The translations under genes were made by a program, and so were the position numbers. From positions 1-47,137 of the forward strand of contig DATHCF010000409.1 in NCBI GenBank assembly GCA_035319705.1: 47,137 bases of DNA. Reading direction: 5' to 3'. This DNA is from Acidimicrobiales bacterium. Lineage in GTDB: Bacteria > Actinomycetota > Acidimicrobiia > Acidimicrobiales > UBA8190. Under the pieces are notes generated by a model. That model worked only from the letters and a program-made list of their open reading frames with translations. It did not search any database and was not told where the DNA came from. Positions 17,163-26,502 of this stretch are shown here, in pieces (position 1 is the first letter of the stretch; each line of letters begins with the position of its first letter).

Positions 17163-18317
17163 ATGGACATCTACCCGATCTCAACCGACGACCACGCCTG
17201 GGAGAAACCCGACACCTTCACGTCGCGGGTGCCGGCGAAGCTCCGCGACGAGTGTCCACACCTCGAGGTCGCCGATGGCGAGCACTGGTGGGTCTACGCC
17301 GGGCGCAGGGTACGCAAGGTCGGCACCGGGGCAGCCGCCATGCTGCCGGATCGCGGCGCCGTCCGCCTTTTCGAGGAGGCGCCCGCCGCCGTGTACGACG
17401 CGGTGGCCCGGTTGGAGACGATGGACGCCGACGGTGTCGCAGCTGAGGTGCTCTTCCCCCAGGCTTCGGGCTTCGGCGGCGGGCCGTTCGTCTCGACTGA
17501 AGGGTCGGTGGAACTCCGGCTCGCCTCCATCAGGGCCTACAACGACTACCTCGCGGAGGAATGGGCCGGGGTGAGTCGGCGCTTCGTGGCTCAGTGCCTG
17601 CTGCCCATGTGGGACGTGGAACTGGCTGTGGCCGAACTCCGGCGGGCCCACGAGCTCGGGCACAAGGCCGCCGTGTGGACATCCGCGCCGCAGAGCCACG
17701 GTTTTTCCCACTTCAACGACCGCTACTGGGATCCGCTGTGGTCGACGCTGTCCGAGTTGGACATGCCCGTGGCGCTCCACATCGGCTCGGTCAAGACATC
17801 GGGCGAGTTTTGGGAGGGATACTCGGCCTTCTCGCGACTGGCTGTGGTGTCTGTCACAGCCATCACCAGCAATGTCCAGGCCATCGCCAACCTGCTCTTC
17901 TCCGGGGTCCTGGAGCGCTTCCCGTCACTCGCCTTTGTCTCGGTGGAGAGCGGGCTTGGGTGGGTGCCGTACCTGCTCGAGACCGCCGACCACCAGTACG
18001 AGGCACAGCACCTGTGGGACGAGGGGATGTCGATGCGTCCGAGCGAGTACTTCCGCCGGCAGGTGTACGTGAACTTCTGGTTCGAACACAGTGGCATCGA
18101 GCTGCGCCACATGATCGGCGTCGACAACATCCTGTGGGAGGCGGACTTCCCGCATCCGACTTCGACGTACCCGCACTCGCGCAAGGCCATCGAGACCTCA
18201 CTGTCGGGGGTGCCGCCTGAAGAGCAGAAGAAGCTGCTCGAGTCGAACGCCTCCCGCCTGTTCGGGATCGACCTCGATCCGTCGACACTGCCGGAATCGG
18301 TCTGCTACCGAGTGTGA
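17163..18317 (+). CDS. amidohydrolase (Amidohydro_2 family), paralogue 3
   Basis: PISTDDHAWEKP, LHIGS, WEADFPHPTSTYP. Confidence 0.9.
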   Translation: MDIYPISTDDHAWEKPDTFTSRVPAKLRDECPHLEVADGEHWWVYAGRRVRKVGTGAAAMLPDRGAVRLFEEAPAAVYDAVARLETMDADGVAAEVLFPQASGFGGGPFVSTEGSVELRLASIRAYNDYLAEEWAGVSRRFVAQCLLPMWDVELAVAELRRAHELGHKAAVWTSAPQSHGFSHFNDRYWDPLWSTLSELDMPVALHIGSVKTSGEFWEGYSAFSRLAVVSVTAITSNVQAIANLLFSGVLERFPSLAFVSVESGLGWVPYLLETADHQYEAQHLWDEGMSMRPSEYFRRQVYVNFWFEHSGIELRHMIGVDNILWEADFPHPTSTYPHSRKAIETSLSGVPPEEQKKLLESNASRLFGIDLDPSTLPESVCYRV

Positions 18318-18416
18318 TCGTCATGTACGCCGGATTGGAGCGCTGGTTGAGCACAAACGTCCGCTCACCGACGGGCCAGAGTTCGACCCCGTCGAGGCCG
18401 TGATCAGAGGACGAGG

Positions 18417-20273
18417 GTGACCGGGTCGAACGAGTCTCCTCGAGGGACGAGCGGAGCCGCGAGCTACGACTTCAAGAGCGTCCGTGCCAAATACTTGGCC
18501 GAGCGGGACAAGCGCCTTGTCCCTGGTCGCGCCGAGATCCGCGACCTTCGAAGCGACGAGCGCTTTGCCCACTACCGCCGCGACCCATTCACGCCGATTG
18601 TCGAGCGCGACCCGGTGGCCGAGGACGTCGACGCTGTGATCCTGGGGGGCGGGATCGCTGGGCTCCTCGCCGGTGTGAACCTCCGCAAGGCCGGCATCAC
18701 GCGGATCCGCATCGTGGATCAGGCGGGCGGCATCGGGGGCACGTGGTACTGGAACCAGTACCCGGGGCTCATGTGCGACGTCGAGTCGTACATCTACATG
18801 CCCATGCTCGAGGAGCTCGGCTACGTTCCTAGCCAGCGCTACGTTTCGGGCAGGGAGATCTTGCACCACCTGGAGGCGATCGCGCAGCGCTTCAATCTGG
18901 CGGGCGATGCCCTGCTCCACACCGGGATCACCCGCGCCGTGTGGAACGAGTCCGGCGCGCGATGGCGGATCAGCACCGACCGCGGCGACGAGCTCAGCGG
19001 GCGCTACTACGTGGTGGCCGCGGGGATCCTCAACCTGATGAAGTTGCCTGCCATCCTTGGCATGGAGGACTTCGGAGGGCAAGCCTTCCACTCGGCCCGG
19101 TGGGACTACGGGTACACGGGCGGTGGGCCCGAAGACCCCCTCAGCGGGCTAGCCGGCAAAACGGTCGCCCTCATCGGCACGGGATGCACGGGCATCCAGC
19201 TTGTCGGGCCGTTGGCGGAGTCGGCGGAGCAGCTCTACCTGTTCCAGCGCACGCCGTCGGCCATTGGCGAACGGGACAACCGACCAACAGACCCCGAGTT
19301 CGCCAGTGCGCTTCAACCGGGCTGGCAGCGCGAACGTTGGGACAACTTTCAGGCGGTCATCATGGGCCGCACGGTCGACGTGGACCTGGTCGATGACGCC
19401 TGGACCCACTACTGGGCAGCTGTCCAGCACCCCCCGCGCCGCGAGGGAATGACGACGGAGGAGTACCTGCGCAGCGCCGAGGAGCTCGACTACTCGATCA
19501 TGGACCACCACCGGCACCGGGTCGACCAGATGGTGACCGACCCGGCCAAGGCGGCCATCGTGAAGCCCTACTACCGCTACCTGTGCAGGCGGCCCTGCTT
19601 CCACGACGAGTACCTCGTGGACCTCGATCGCACCAACGTCACCGTGGTCGACTGTGCCGGGGGGATCGAGCGGATCTCGACCGAGGGCTTGGTCGTGGGC
19701 GGCAGCGAGTACCCGGTCGATTGCATCGTCTATGCCACCGGTTTCGAGCCTGAGCTCACACCACTGCCCCGCCGCGTCGGCCACGAGATCGTCGGTCGTG
19801 ACGGGATCACGCTGGCCGAAAAGTGGGCCGACGGCGCCGCAACGTTGTTCGGCATATTGAGTCGTCGTTTCCCGAACATGTTCGTGATGCCTGCCCCTGG
19901 GCAGCAGGCGGTTGTGACCGTCAACTACACCCAGCTGGCGGCGCTCGGGGCCGAGTTCGTCGGCCGCACTGTCGAGCTCCTCGAGCGCAAAGGGGTGGAT
20001 GTTTTCGACGTGAGCGCAGCGGCCGAGGAGGCGTGGACGAAAGAAATCGTCGAATCCTTCGTCGATGCCAGCCCGGTGATGGCGGCCTGCACTCCGAGCC
20101 GCATCAACAACGAGGGCCACCCCGAATTGCTCAATCCCCGCAATGGCAACTACGGACGGGGGATGGGCGACTGGTTCGCCTACCGCGATCGCCTTGAGGA
20201 GTGGCTCGAGGCGGGCGCATTCGAGGGCTTGGAACTTGAAGCCGGGGCGCCCGCTGCGGCGTCATGGAAGTAG
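18417..20273 (+). CDS. type I Baeyer-Villiger (flavin-containing) monooxygenase
   Basis: FAD motif ILGGGIAGL, GGTWYWNQYPGLMCDVESYIYMP, BVMO fingerprint FGGQAFHSARWD (FxGxxxHxxxW), NADP motif IGTGCTG. Confidence 0.9.
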   Translation: MTGSNESPRGTSGAASYDFKSVRAKYLAERDKRLVPGRAEIRDLRSDERFAHYRRDPFTPIVERDPVAEDVDAVILGGGIAGLLAGVNLRKAGITRIRIVDQAGGIGGTWYWNQYPGLMCDVESYIYMPMLEELGYVPSQRYVSGREILHHLEAIAQRFNLAGDALLHTGITRAVWNESGARWRISTDRGDELSGRYYVVAAGILNLMKLPAILGMEDFGGQAFHSARWDYGYTGGGPEDPLSGLAGKTVALIGTGCTGIQLVGPLAESAEQLYLFQRTPSAIGERDNRPTDPEFASALQPGWQRERWDNFQAVIMGRTVDVDLVDDAWTHYWAAVQHPPRREGMTTEEYLRSAEELDYSIMDHHRHRVDQMVTDPAKAAIVKPYYRYLCRRPCFHDEYLVDLDRTNVTVVDCAGGIERISTEGLVVGGSEYPVDCIVYATGFEPELTPLPRRVGHEIVGRDGITLAEKWADGAATLFGILSRRFPNMFVMPAPGQQAVVTVNYTQLAALGAEFVGRTVELLERKGVDVFDVSAAAEEAWTKEIVESFVDASPVMAACTPSRINNEGHPELLNPRNGNYGRGMGDWFAYRDRLEEWLEAGAFEGLELEAGAPAAASWK

Positions 20274-20572
20274 CGGCGGGGGGCCACACGAGGGTTTGAA
20301 AGAGCACCATCCTCTGGGCGACGGAGACGACACGAAAAACTGTAGCTATGAACAGGGATGACGGCTGGATTTCTCACAGGGGCGGAGAGCCTGAGACTTA
20401 ATACGATCTAACTGTTGATCAGAAGGTGAACTCGGGGCGCCCGATATTGCCCGCAGAACGTTGGTTCACGTAACAGTCGCCCGGGCGCCGCAGGACTTGA
20501 CTGTTTCTTCACTGACTTGTGTGAAGCCCCGCTTCGAGCCGCTCAGGACCTTGCTCGTGGCGCTACCCTCGC

Positions 20573-21808
20573 CTAGCCGAACCCGAGGGTGAATGGGTTT
20601 AGCTGGCCGGCTGCCAAGATGTACCAAGAAGTCGCGCCGGTATGCAACGAGGCGTAGTAATAGTCGCCGTCACAATCGCTGAGCATGTCCTTGGAGGCGG
20701 CCACGATCCCCAAGCCGTCGGCGTTCGGGGCGTTTGTCTGGGCGTACGCGATGTCGGAGAGATAGGAGCTGGCAAGGGTGGCATCTGTGCCTGTATCGCG
20801 CAGTTCGAGAGCGTCGGCAAGATGGGCTGTTCCTTCGAACCACACCCCTGACTTGTCGCCCAGGCAGAAGCTCACACCGCTCAACCCGCCTGCTGACACC
20901 GACAGGTTCTCCACGTCCCAGTCCAACGACGAGGCGTAACTCGGGTCCCGCAGAGCCAGATATGACCAGCTATTCACATCCTCGGGTTGCTCCTCGGTGT
21001 TGGGAGTCACGCCGTTGGTGGTGGTGCCTACGTAGAAGGACCCGGAACTCGGGTCCCACATGGAGACGACAAAGCCTTTTGCCCAGGCGGCGTCGGTAGC
21101 CCAGGTGGTATCTCCGGTTTCCGTCGCGAGCATCGTATAGAGCGCGTAGAGGTCGATATTGTGCTCGGTGGACTTCCACTTGATGCGGCCACCGCTAGCA
21201 GAGATTCCACCCGTGAATCCCCCCGCACCACGCTGGTCATAGCAGTGGTTCACGACCCAGGTCCCGATGGACTCAGCACCAGTCAGATAGCTTGAATCAC
21301 CAGTTGCCGCGTACAGCTGAACCAATGACATGGCCACCCATGCCATATTCCCGACATCGCTTGTGCGGTCGGTGACGCGGATGTGCACCCTCCGTTTTCC
21401 TCTTTTAGAAGTCGAGACGAGCGGAGCAGGTGAATATGCTGCCCTGACCCTTCCATCATGAGCCGGGTCATAGGCCTGAACTAAAAGTAGCGAATCGCCG
21501 ATGGTCTCCGCTCGTTCTAGGGACACTGGCGTACCCTCGGCGATGTAGACGTCGATGACAAGTGCGTCGTCGTAGGTCTCCGAGTCAGTGAAATTCTCTT
21601 GGCTAAGAACACCCCCGGTGAAGCTCTGAACCAGTCGCAGTGTCGTCCCTGTGGCATAGAGGTCCATCATCTGGTCTAAGAAGAGATAGGCATTGCTCAC
21701 GCTGGCGGTATCGGCCTCCGCAGCTTGTGGAGGCGATAGCGCCACCAATCCCAAGCCAAAGACAGAGGCGCAAGCGATAAGTGTGGAGATAGGGCGTCCT
21801 CTACGCAC
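20573..21808 (-). CDS. secreted hypothetical protein (possibly an alpha/alpha-barrel glycosidase-like fold)
   Basis: Signal peptide VRRGRPISTLIACASVFGLGLVALSPPQAAEA after an in-frame GTG at 21808 with a G-rich SD. Repeated aromatic/Gly helical-hairpin-like motifs (NMAWVAMSLVQLYAATGD, HNIDLYALYTMLA). The fold call is a guess. Confidence 0.65.
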   Translation of the reverse strand: MRRGRPISTLIACASVFGLGLVALSPPQAAEADTASVSNAYLFLDQMMDLYATGTTLRLVQSFTGGVLSQENFTDSETYDDALVIDVYIAEGTPVSLERAETIGDSLLLVQAYDPAHDGRVRAAYSPAPLVSTSKRGKRRVHIRVTDRTSDVGNMAWVAMSLVQLYAATGDSSYLTGAESIGTWVVNHCYDQRGAGGFTGGISASGGRIKWKSTEHNIDLYALYTMLATETGDTTWATDAAWAKGFVVSMWDPSSGSFYVGTTTNGVTPNTEEQPEDVNSWSYLALRDPSYASSLDWDVENLSVSAGGLSGVSFCLGDKSGVWFEGTAHLADALELRDTGTDATLASSYLSDIAYAQTNAPNADGLGIVAASKDMLSDCDGDYYYASLHTGATSWYILAAGQLNPFTLGFG

Positions 21809-21966
21809 GACCCCCCCTGCTCGTGTCGGTGGGCAGAACAGAAGGGAGGTTACAGCTTGAAGTGCGTAGGGCGCGTGGGGATGTGTCTCTCTCAGAGCCT
21901 CTTGACACGAAAGAGGCTTCACACAAGTCGAGGCGACTATCGGTGCTAAGCCTGTTATCCAGAGGC

Positions 21967-22158
21967 TCAGGTCACCTGACAGTGGTGGATCCAAGCTCCC
22001 TGAAGACTGACCTCAGCTGAGACCTGGCGCGGTTTACCGGCAACGTCGAAGGACCAACCGCATTGGCAGCGCACGATGCCGCTCCAAGTCCCGTCGTCGT
22101 GCTGGAAGGTCTCTTGTTCGATAGCGAAGTGTGACGTTTCTTCCCGCGCTTCGTCCAC
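21967..22158 (-). CDS. small hypothetical protein (63 aa, CxC...HHC)
   Basis: ORF from the track only; no family recognised. Confidence 0.25.
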   Translation of the reverse strand: MDEAREETSHFAIEQETFQHDDGTWSGIVRCQCGWSFDVAGKPRQVSAEVSLQGAWIHHCQVT

Positions 22159-22597
22159 GGTTGTGGCAACTTACAATCAGCAGGTTGGTTACCGGTGGGT
22201 CAGTGGATACCCGTCGGTAATGCAGAGGCGATGGGGCCTAGCTCAAGACGTTCTGTTTGGTGTCGGCAAGTCCCTAGCCCGGGTGCGCTCGTGGCCCCAC
22301 GACAGCTTGTGTCCAGCCAGCAGACAGCGGCCAGTCAACTCCCAGAGACGCCCGTCACTACTGCCCAAGTTCTCGGCCACTGTTGCCTCCGCTATTCGTC
22401 GGTCGAGTCGTTCTAGGCTGACAGCGTCCATTGCATCTCCCCCCCGTTCTGCCGCCATCTGGCATCCTGTTGAAAGCCAGGGTTACGCAGCGGTCAGGCT
22501 ACGAAGCCCACTCCCTGGCGTGAAGGGACCAATGGCTCTCTCACACGATGCGACTTCCCGACTTCGCTCGGCGCTCAGGTCGTCGTTCCGAGAGTGC

Positions 22598-22816
22598 TCA
22601 CAGCACCCTATGTAATAACCAGCGTCCGCTCAGCGTTCGCGGCACCATTAACGGGACCTTGGGCCTCATTGGGGTTGGTCTTTCGGCCTTCCTGACAACG
22701 AGCATTCCAAACGATACTGCCTTCGGACGCCATTCCACCTGGCCGTCCACGACTTCGGAAGTGGCCGTCAAAGCGAACGACCCGAGCCCAGTCCCCCGGT
22801 TCGGGTCGTTTCGCAC
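22598..22816 (-). CDS. small hypothetical protein (72 aa) directly after the HTH gene
   Basis: The GTG start lies 1 nt after the TGA of ORF 22818-23165. GC3 is only about 68 percent by hand count. Confidence 0.25.
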   Translation of the reverse strand: MRNDPNRGTGLGSFALTATSEVVDGQVEWRPKAVSFGMLVVRKAERPTPMRPKVPLMVPRTLSGRWLLHRVL

Positions 22817-22817
22817 T

Positions 22818-23165
22818 TCAGGGGCGAAGGATGTTCGATATGCGCTGGTGACTCACGCCGAAGGCCCGACTGATTGCCGGAATGCTTGTTTCCTCCGCTC
22901 TCATACTGCGGACAAGGGCTCGACGTACTCTCCCGCTCGTGCTCATCGAGCGGCCAAGGGCTCGACTTAGCAGCGGCAGAGTGTCTCCGAGGGACTCCGA
23001 GGAAAGAGCAGTGGTCACTGGCGTTCCCTGGTCGAGAAGCCGCCGCAAATCCTTGACCTGCTTCACTAGCCGGGCTTCGTCTTTGCGGTTTGCCTTTATG
23101 GCATCCAGCAAAGCCCCCAGCGCGGCAGACACCTCTTCACGGAGGGCGCTTTCCTCCTCTGGCAC
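22818..23165 (-). CDS. coiled-coil plus C-terminal helix-turn-helix protein
   Basis: C-terminal HTH SIPAISRAFGVSHQRISNIL and a charged helical N-terminus. Confidence 0.55.
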   Translation of the reverse strand: MPEEESALREEVSAALGALLDAIKANRKDEARLVKQVKDLRRLLDQGTPVTTALSSESLGDTLPLLSRALGRSMSTSGRVRRALVRSMRAEETSIPAISRAFGVSHQRISNILRP

Positions 23166-23321
23166 AGCAATAATTCTTAGGCGACATCAGTGGTCGTCGT
23201 CCAGGTGCTGAGGGGACCGGGGCACAGCCATTTGGCGATGGGCCGTACGCAGCGTCTTCTCATAGAGTGCTGTTGGACGAAGCCCCAACTCCGTAGGAAA
23301 CTCCCTGTCCCTCACCCAGCG

Positions 23322-23762
23322 CTAGCCAGCCGACTCGTACCGGTGCCGTAGCTCGCCGTTGGAGGAGACACAGTCGAGGCGGGCCAGGCTCCGACCCGAT
23401 GCAGCCACGTGGTCCTCAGCCCACTGAAGAAGTCGTCGTCCCAGACCCTGACCGGCGAAGGAGCGGGCCACGATGAGGTTGTGGATATAGCCAGCCGCCA
23501 CCTCTTGTTCACCCCAAACAAAGGGGTCGTCCCATAGGACGGTGACCGTGGCGGCCAGCTCCTCGCCGTGTCGGAGAAGAAAGACCCACTCTTGGGCGAT
23601 GAGCTTGTCCAACCACGACGCAGCGAACTCACGTGGTTTCCACTGGTTGATGCCCCTGGAGCTGAGCCACTGGGCAGCCTCATCTCGGAGGCGAAGGAAG
23701 GCAGAAACGTCCTCCGGTGCAGCCACGTCGACCGTGAACTCCCCCCATTCCACTGGCCACAT
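23322..23762 (-). CDS. GNAT N-acetyltransferase, apparently truncated by an in-frame TAG
   Basis: Acetyl-CoA motif VARSFAGQGLGRRLLQWAE. The ORF ends ...RHRYESAG-TAG, and the same frame continues for 44 GNAT-tail-like codons to the TGA at 23187. Confidence 0.8.
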   Translation of the reverse strand: MWPVEWGEFTVDVAAPEDVSAFLRLRDEAAQWLSSRGINQWKPREFAASWLDKLIAQEWVFLLRHGEELAATVTVLWDDPFVWGEQEVAAGYIHNLIVARSFAGQGLGRRLLQWAEDHVAASGRSLARLDCVSSNGELRHRYESAG

Positions 23763-23859
23763 TCTGCTCAGGTGTGGCCCGACCGCCGGGTTACACGGAA
23801 TCCGAGCGCAACGACGGCCTCCCAGCTAGATTTCTGCGTGACCTATCGGGGGGTAGGCG

Positions 23860-24363
23860 ATGGCTGCAGCGGTGATGGCGTTTCTGTCCGACAAGGACCA
23901 GCCCGTCCCCCGCCCCGTACTCAGAGCCGCAGGACCAGAGAAAACCGACGAGGGTCCGAGGACAACGGGCAGGGCAGACAGCCCGAGGGGCATCGTGCTC
24001 GTTGCCGACGACGATGAGGCTGTGCGCTCGACGGTGACCGATATCCTCCGATTGGCTGACTACGACGTACTCCAAGCGGCCAACGGTGACGAGGCCCTGC
24101 AAGTGCTCAGCCGTCAGCCCGTCGATGTCCTCATCCTCGACCTCCACATGCCCGTGCGTGACGGCCTGTCGGTCCTGGAAGCCTTGGGACCACCACCACC
24201 GAAGGTCATCCTTGTCTCGGCGTTCGCTCACTACAGCCCCGAGGACATCGACCGCATGGGGCTGGGCAGGAAGGTCACCCGAGCACTGCGAAAACCGTGC
24301 ACACCGGTAGAGCTGCTTGCTGCGGTCAACGACGCCATGGACGAGTTGGAGCGAGAGAACTGA
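23860..24363 (+). CDS. stand-alone response-regulator receiver (CheY-like)
   Basis: VLVADDDEAVRSTV, phospho-acceptor context VDVLILDLHMPVRDG, VILVSAF, RKP. No output domain and no adjacent histidine kinase. Confidence 0.85.
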   Translation: MAAAVMAFLSDKDQPVPRPVLRAAGPEKTDEGPRTTGRADSPRGIVLVADDDEAVRSTVTDILRLADYDVLQAANGDEALQVLSRQPVDVLILDLHMPVRDGLSVLEALGPPPPKVILVSAFAHYSPEDIDRMGLGRKVTRALRKPCTPVELLAAVNDAMDELEREN

Positions 24364-24383
24364 CCGGAGGGAGGCACCGGCTT

Positions 24384-24794
24384 ATGACCCGAACCGAGAT
24401 TGTCCGAACCGCCTACCAGAGGATCAACGACCAGGACTTCGACGGTGCTCTGGATCTCTGCGATCCCGACATCCAGTTCCGTGACGTGTTGAACAAGGAT
24501 GGCTGGGCCTATGGACGAAAAGCCGTACGTCAGCGGTTCGCAGAGCGGTTCTCAGTGGCAACTGTCCACGTGACCGTTGGGGCCTTGGTGGAGCTAGGCA
24601 ATATCGTTATTGCCGCGGTGTGTTGTCAGGTCTATGGACCGGCAGGCGATCCCGTGGGTCCAAATGTGATCGTCACAGACCGCATTAGCTTCCGTGGCAA
24701 TCAAATCTTTCGGGTCGAGACAACACAGTTTGAAGATGTTCCCGACGAGGTGAGGACGGTTTTGCTGGCTGGCACTACGTCTCGACAAACCTGA
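24384..24794 (+). CDS. SnoaL-like / NTF2-fold protein
   Basis: MTRTEIVRTAYQRINDQDFDGALDLCDPDIQFRD..., with GGAGGGAGG SD about 10 nt upstream of the ATG at 24384. Confidence 0.75.
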   Translation: MTRTEIVRTAYQRINDQDFDGALDLCDPDIQFRDVLNKDGWAYGRKAVRQRFAERFSVATVHVTVGALVELGNIVIAAVCCQVYGPAGDPVGPNVIVTDRISFRGNQIFRVETTQFEDVPDEVRTVLLAGTTSRQT

Positions 24795-24853
24795 CCCGTA
24801 GCCCTGGTACTGGGACCTAGGTCCCTACTCGTACCGGCTCCATCAAGGCACCA

Positions 24854-25081
24854 TTGCCGTTCATGGGCGATGAGGTTGTCGAACCAGACAAGTACGTAGC
24901 CACGTATTGCCGGACTGGGCACCATGAGGATTGTCAAGCCCATTCGGCAGTCATGTGTGCCTGTGCGTGCCACGGGCCGAGGACGATGCGAACCGGACAA
25001 GACCTCCGTACCTATTCAGAAGACCTGCGCTTTCGGTCAGCCATAGGCTTCGTTACCAGGCGGACGAGATTTCGGACATGA
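24854..25081 (+). CDS. small Cys/His-rich hypothetical protein
   Basis: YCRTGHHEDCQAHSAVMCACACHG. TTG start, no family recognised. Confidence 0.2.
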   Translation: MPFMGDEVVEPDKYVATYCRTGHHEDCQAHSAVMCACACHGPRTMRTGQDLRTYSEDLRFRSAIGFVTRRTRFRT

Positions 25082-25248
25082 CGCCTAACAGCTATCGGTC
25101 CGCACGGGTGAAGGAGCAAGAGGGGTAACGTCCTGACCGGTGAGGGGCCGAGCCTGGAGGTCCCTGCCGTGGCCGACGTTGTCCCTTGCCTGACTTCGCC
25201 AACGTCATCTCGCCCGCACCTGGAAGCACTTTGGGGACGGTCGTCCTC

Positions 25249-25590
25249 CTATGCCGCGGGTCTCATCTTGGCGAGCACGACCGAACGACCATCTGGGTAC
25301 GCAAGGACGACAAATCTCCCCCAGCTCGCCTCCTGCTCACGGGCGTCCGGGTCTTCTACCGCGAAGCGCACCGCTGTGCCTCCGATTCCCTCGCCAGCGG
25401 GGAAGATGTCTCGCTCGTCGTAGCCCCTGTCATTGCGATGAAGGACAACACGTCCGGAGTGGCCTCCGACCACCACAATGATGTCGCCCTCGAACAGCAG
25501 CGGCAGCTGAAGGCCGTCGACGTAGAAGGCTCGCGCTGCTTCTAGGTCACCAACGAACAGGATGAGACTCTCAAAACCGTCGGTTCGCAT
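25249..25590 (-). CDS. VOC (glyoxalase) family protein
   Basis: LILFVGDLEAARAFYVDGLQL ... FVVLAYPDGRSVVL. Confidence 0.75.
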   Translation of the reverse strand: MRTDGFESLILFVGDLEAARAFYVDGLQLPLLFEGDIIVVVGGHSGRVVLHRNDRGYDERDIFPAGEGIGGTAVRFAVEDPDAREQEASWGRFVVLAYPDGRSVVLAKMRPAA

Positions 25591-25785
25591 GGCGCGATCC
25601 TATGGAAGAGGTCCGATCGGTTGTACCGGGACGAGCAGGGCAGGCAAGCACCGAGCGCCAGGTCGATCAGGCCGGAGCCATCCCCTATCGCTCTCGGCCG
25701 GTGGTCCCGGTCGGGTGCCTTCCCCACCAGGGAGCGAAGGATCGGTATCACCTATCGGATGCGTTGCCTTACGCGCTGGTACGCC

Positions 25786-26058
25786 CTAGGGCATGCTTTC
25801 GCCGGCCGCGTCCCAAGCAGCCTCCACGGGTGTCTCCGTCGGAGATTCTCGTTGGGCGTCGTCCGCCCGGCGTAGGTCGGATGGAGTACCGCTCGCCCCG
25901 AGAAAGACCGGGGTGACCTTGAAAGGTCCATCAGGTGGAGGATCTTGACTTTCGACCGCCCCGTCACGGACCAAGGGTGTGGGCGTACCTTGGGAGATCC
26001 ATCGAGCCTCGTGCAACTCGTATGGGTCGGTGTACCAACCTTCGAGCGGTTTATCCAT
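25786..26058 (-). CDS. DUF2510-like protein
   Basis: N-terminal GWYTDPYELHEARWISQGTPT matches the GWYPDP...RWWDG..WT signature. Confidence 0.6.
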   Translation of the reverse strand: MDKPLEGWYTDPYELHEARWISQGTPTPLVRDGAVESQDPPPDGPFKVTPVFLGASGTPSDLRRADDAQRESPTETPVEAAWDAAGESMP

Positions 26059-26502
26059 TGCCCGATCTTACGTTCGGGGTCGACGACTGATCAGAGTTGC
26101 TGAGGAGGATATTCCTGGCTGAGGCTGGGCTAGCCCCCGAAAGGATCACGCCCCGCCGGGTTTTGCTTGGGTCAGCTCCGGGGCGAGGCGCAAAGAAGCG
26201 GCACCTATGCGCGAATGTCCGCGCAACTCAAGTCCCTTCCAGGACAATGGGCCCCATCCAGTTGCGAAGGGAGGACTCGGGGCTGTCGACCCGCGAGAGG
26301 GTCTCGGCTCCACTTCGAGGCTCTGGCTCTATCGGTATTGGGGTGACAAGGAACGGCTAATCCCCAGACACCGGATCGTTTGCCTCGACGCCGTGATCTC
26401 TCACAAGCGCTGTCAAGGCCAGAACAACTTTATGAGCCGATCGCTCGACTAGGGCCTTTCGGCCCTATCTGCATCCCGCTTCCGGAACCGAAGGACCAGG
26501 TC

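Noticed and set aside
20417-20427. GATCAGAAGGT, an exact 11-mer shared with the tRNA-Arg fragment (5759-5769), in the convergent gap where GC seems to drop
   Set aside because: It could be a third att remnant. However, 11 nt with no flanking similarity (no T arm follows) is within reach of chance given how many places I looked, so I recorded it but did not call it.
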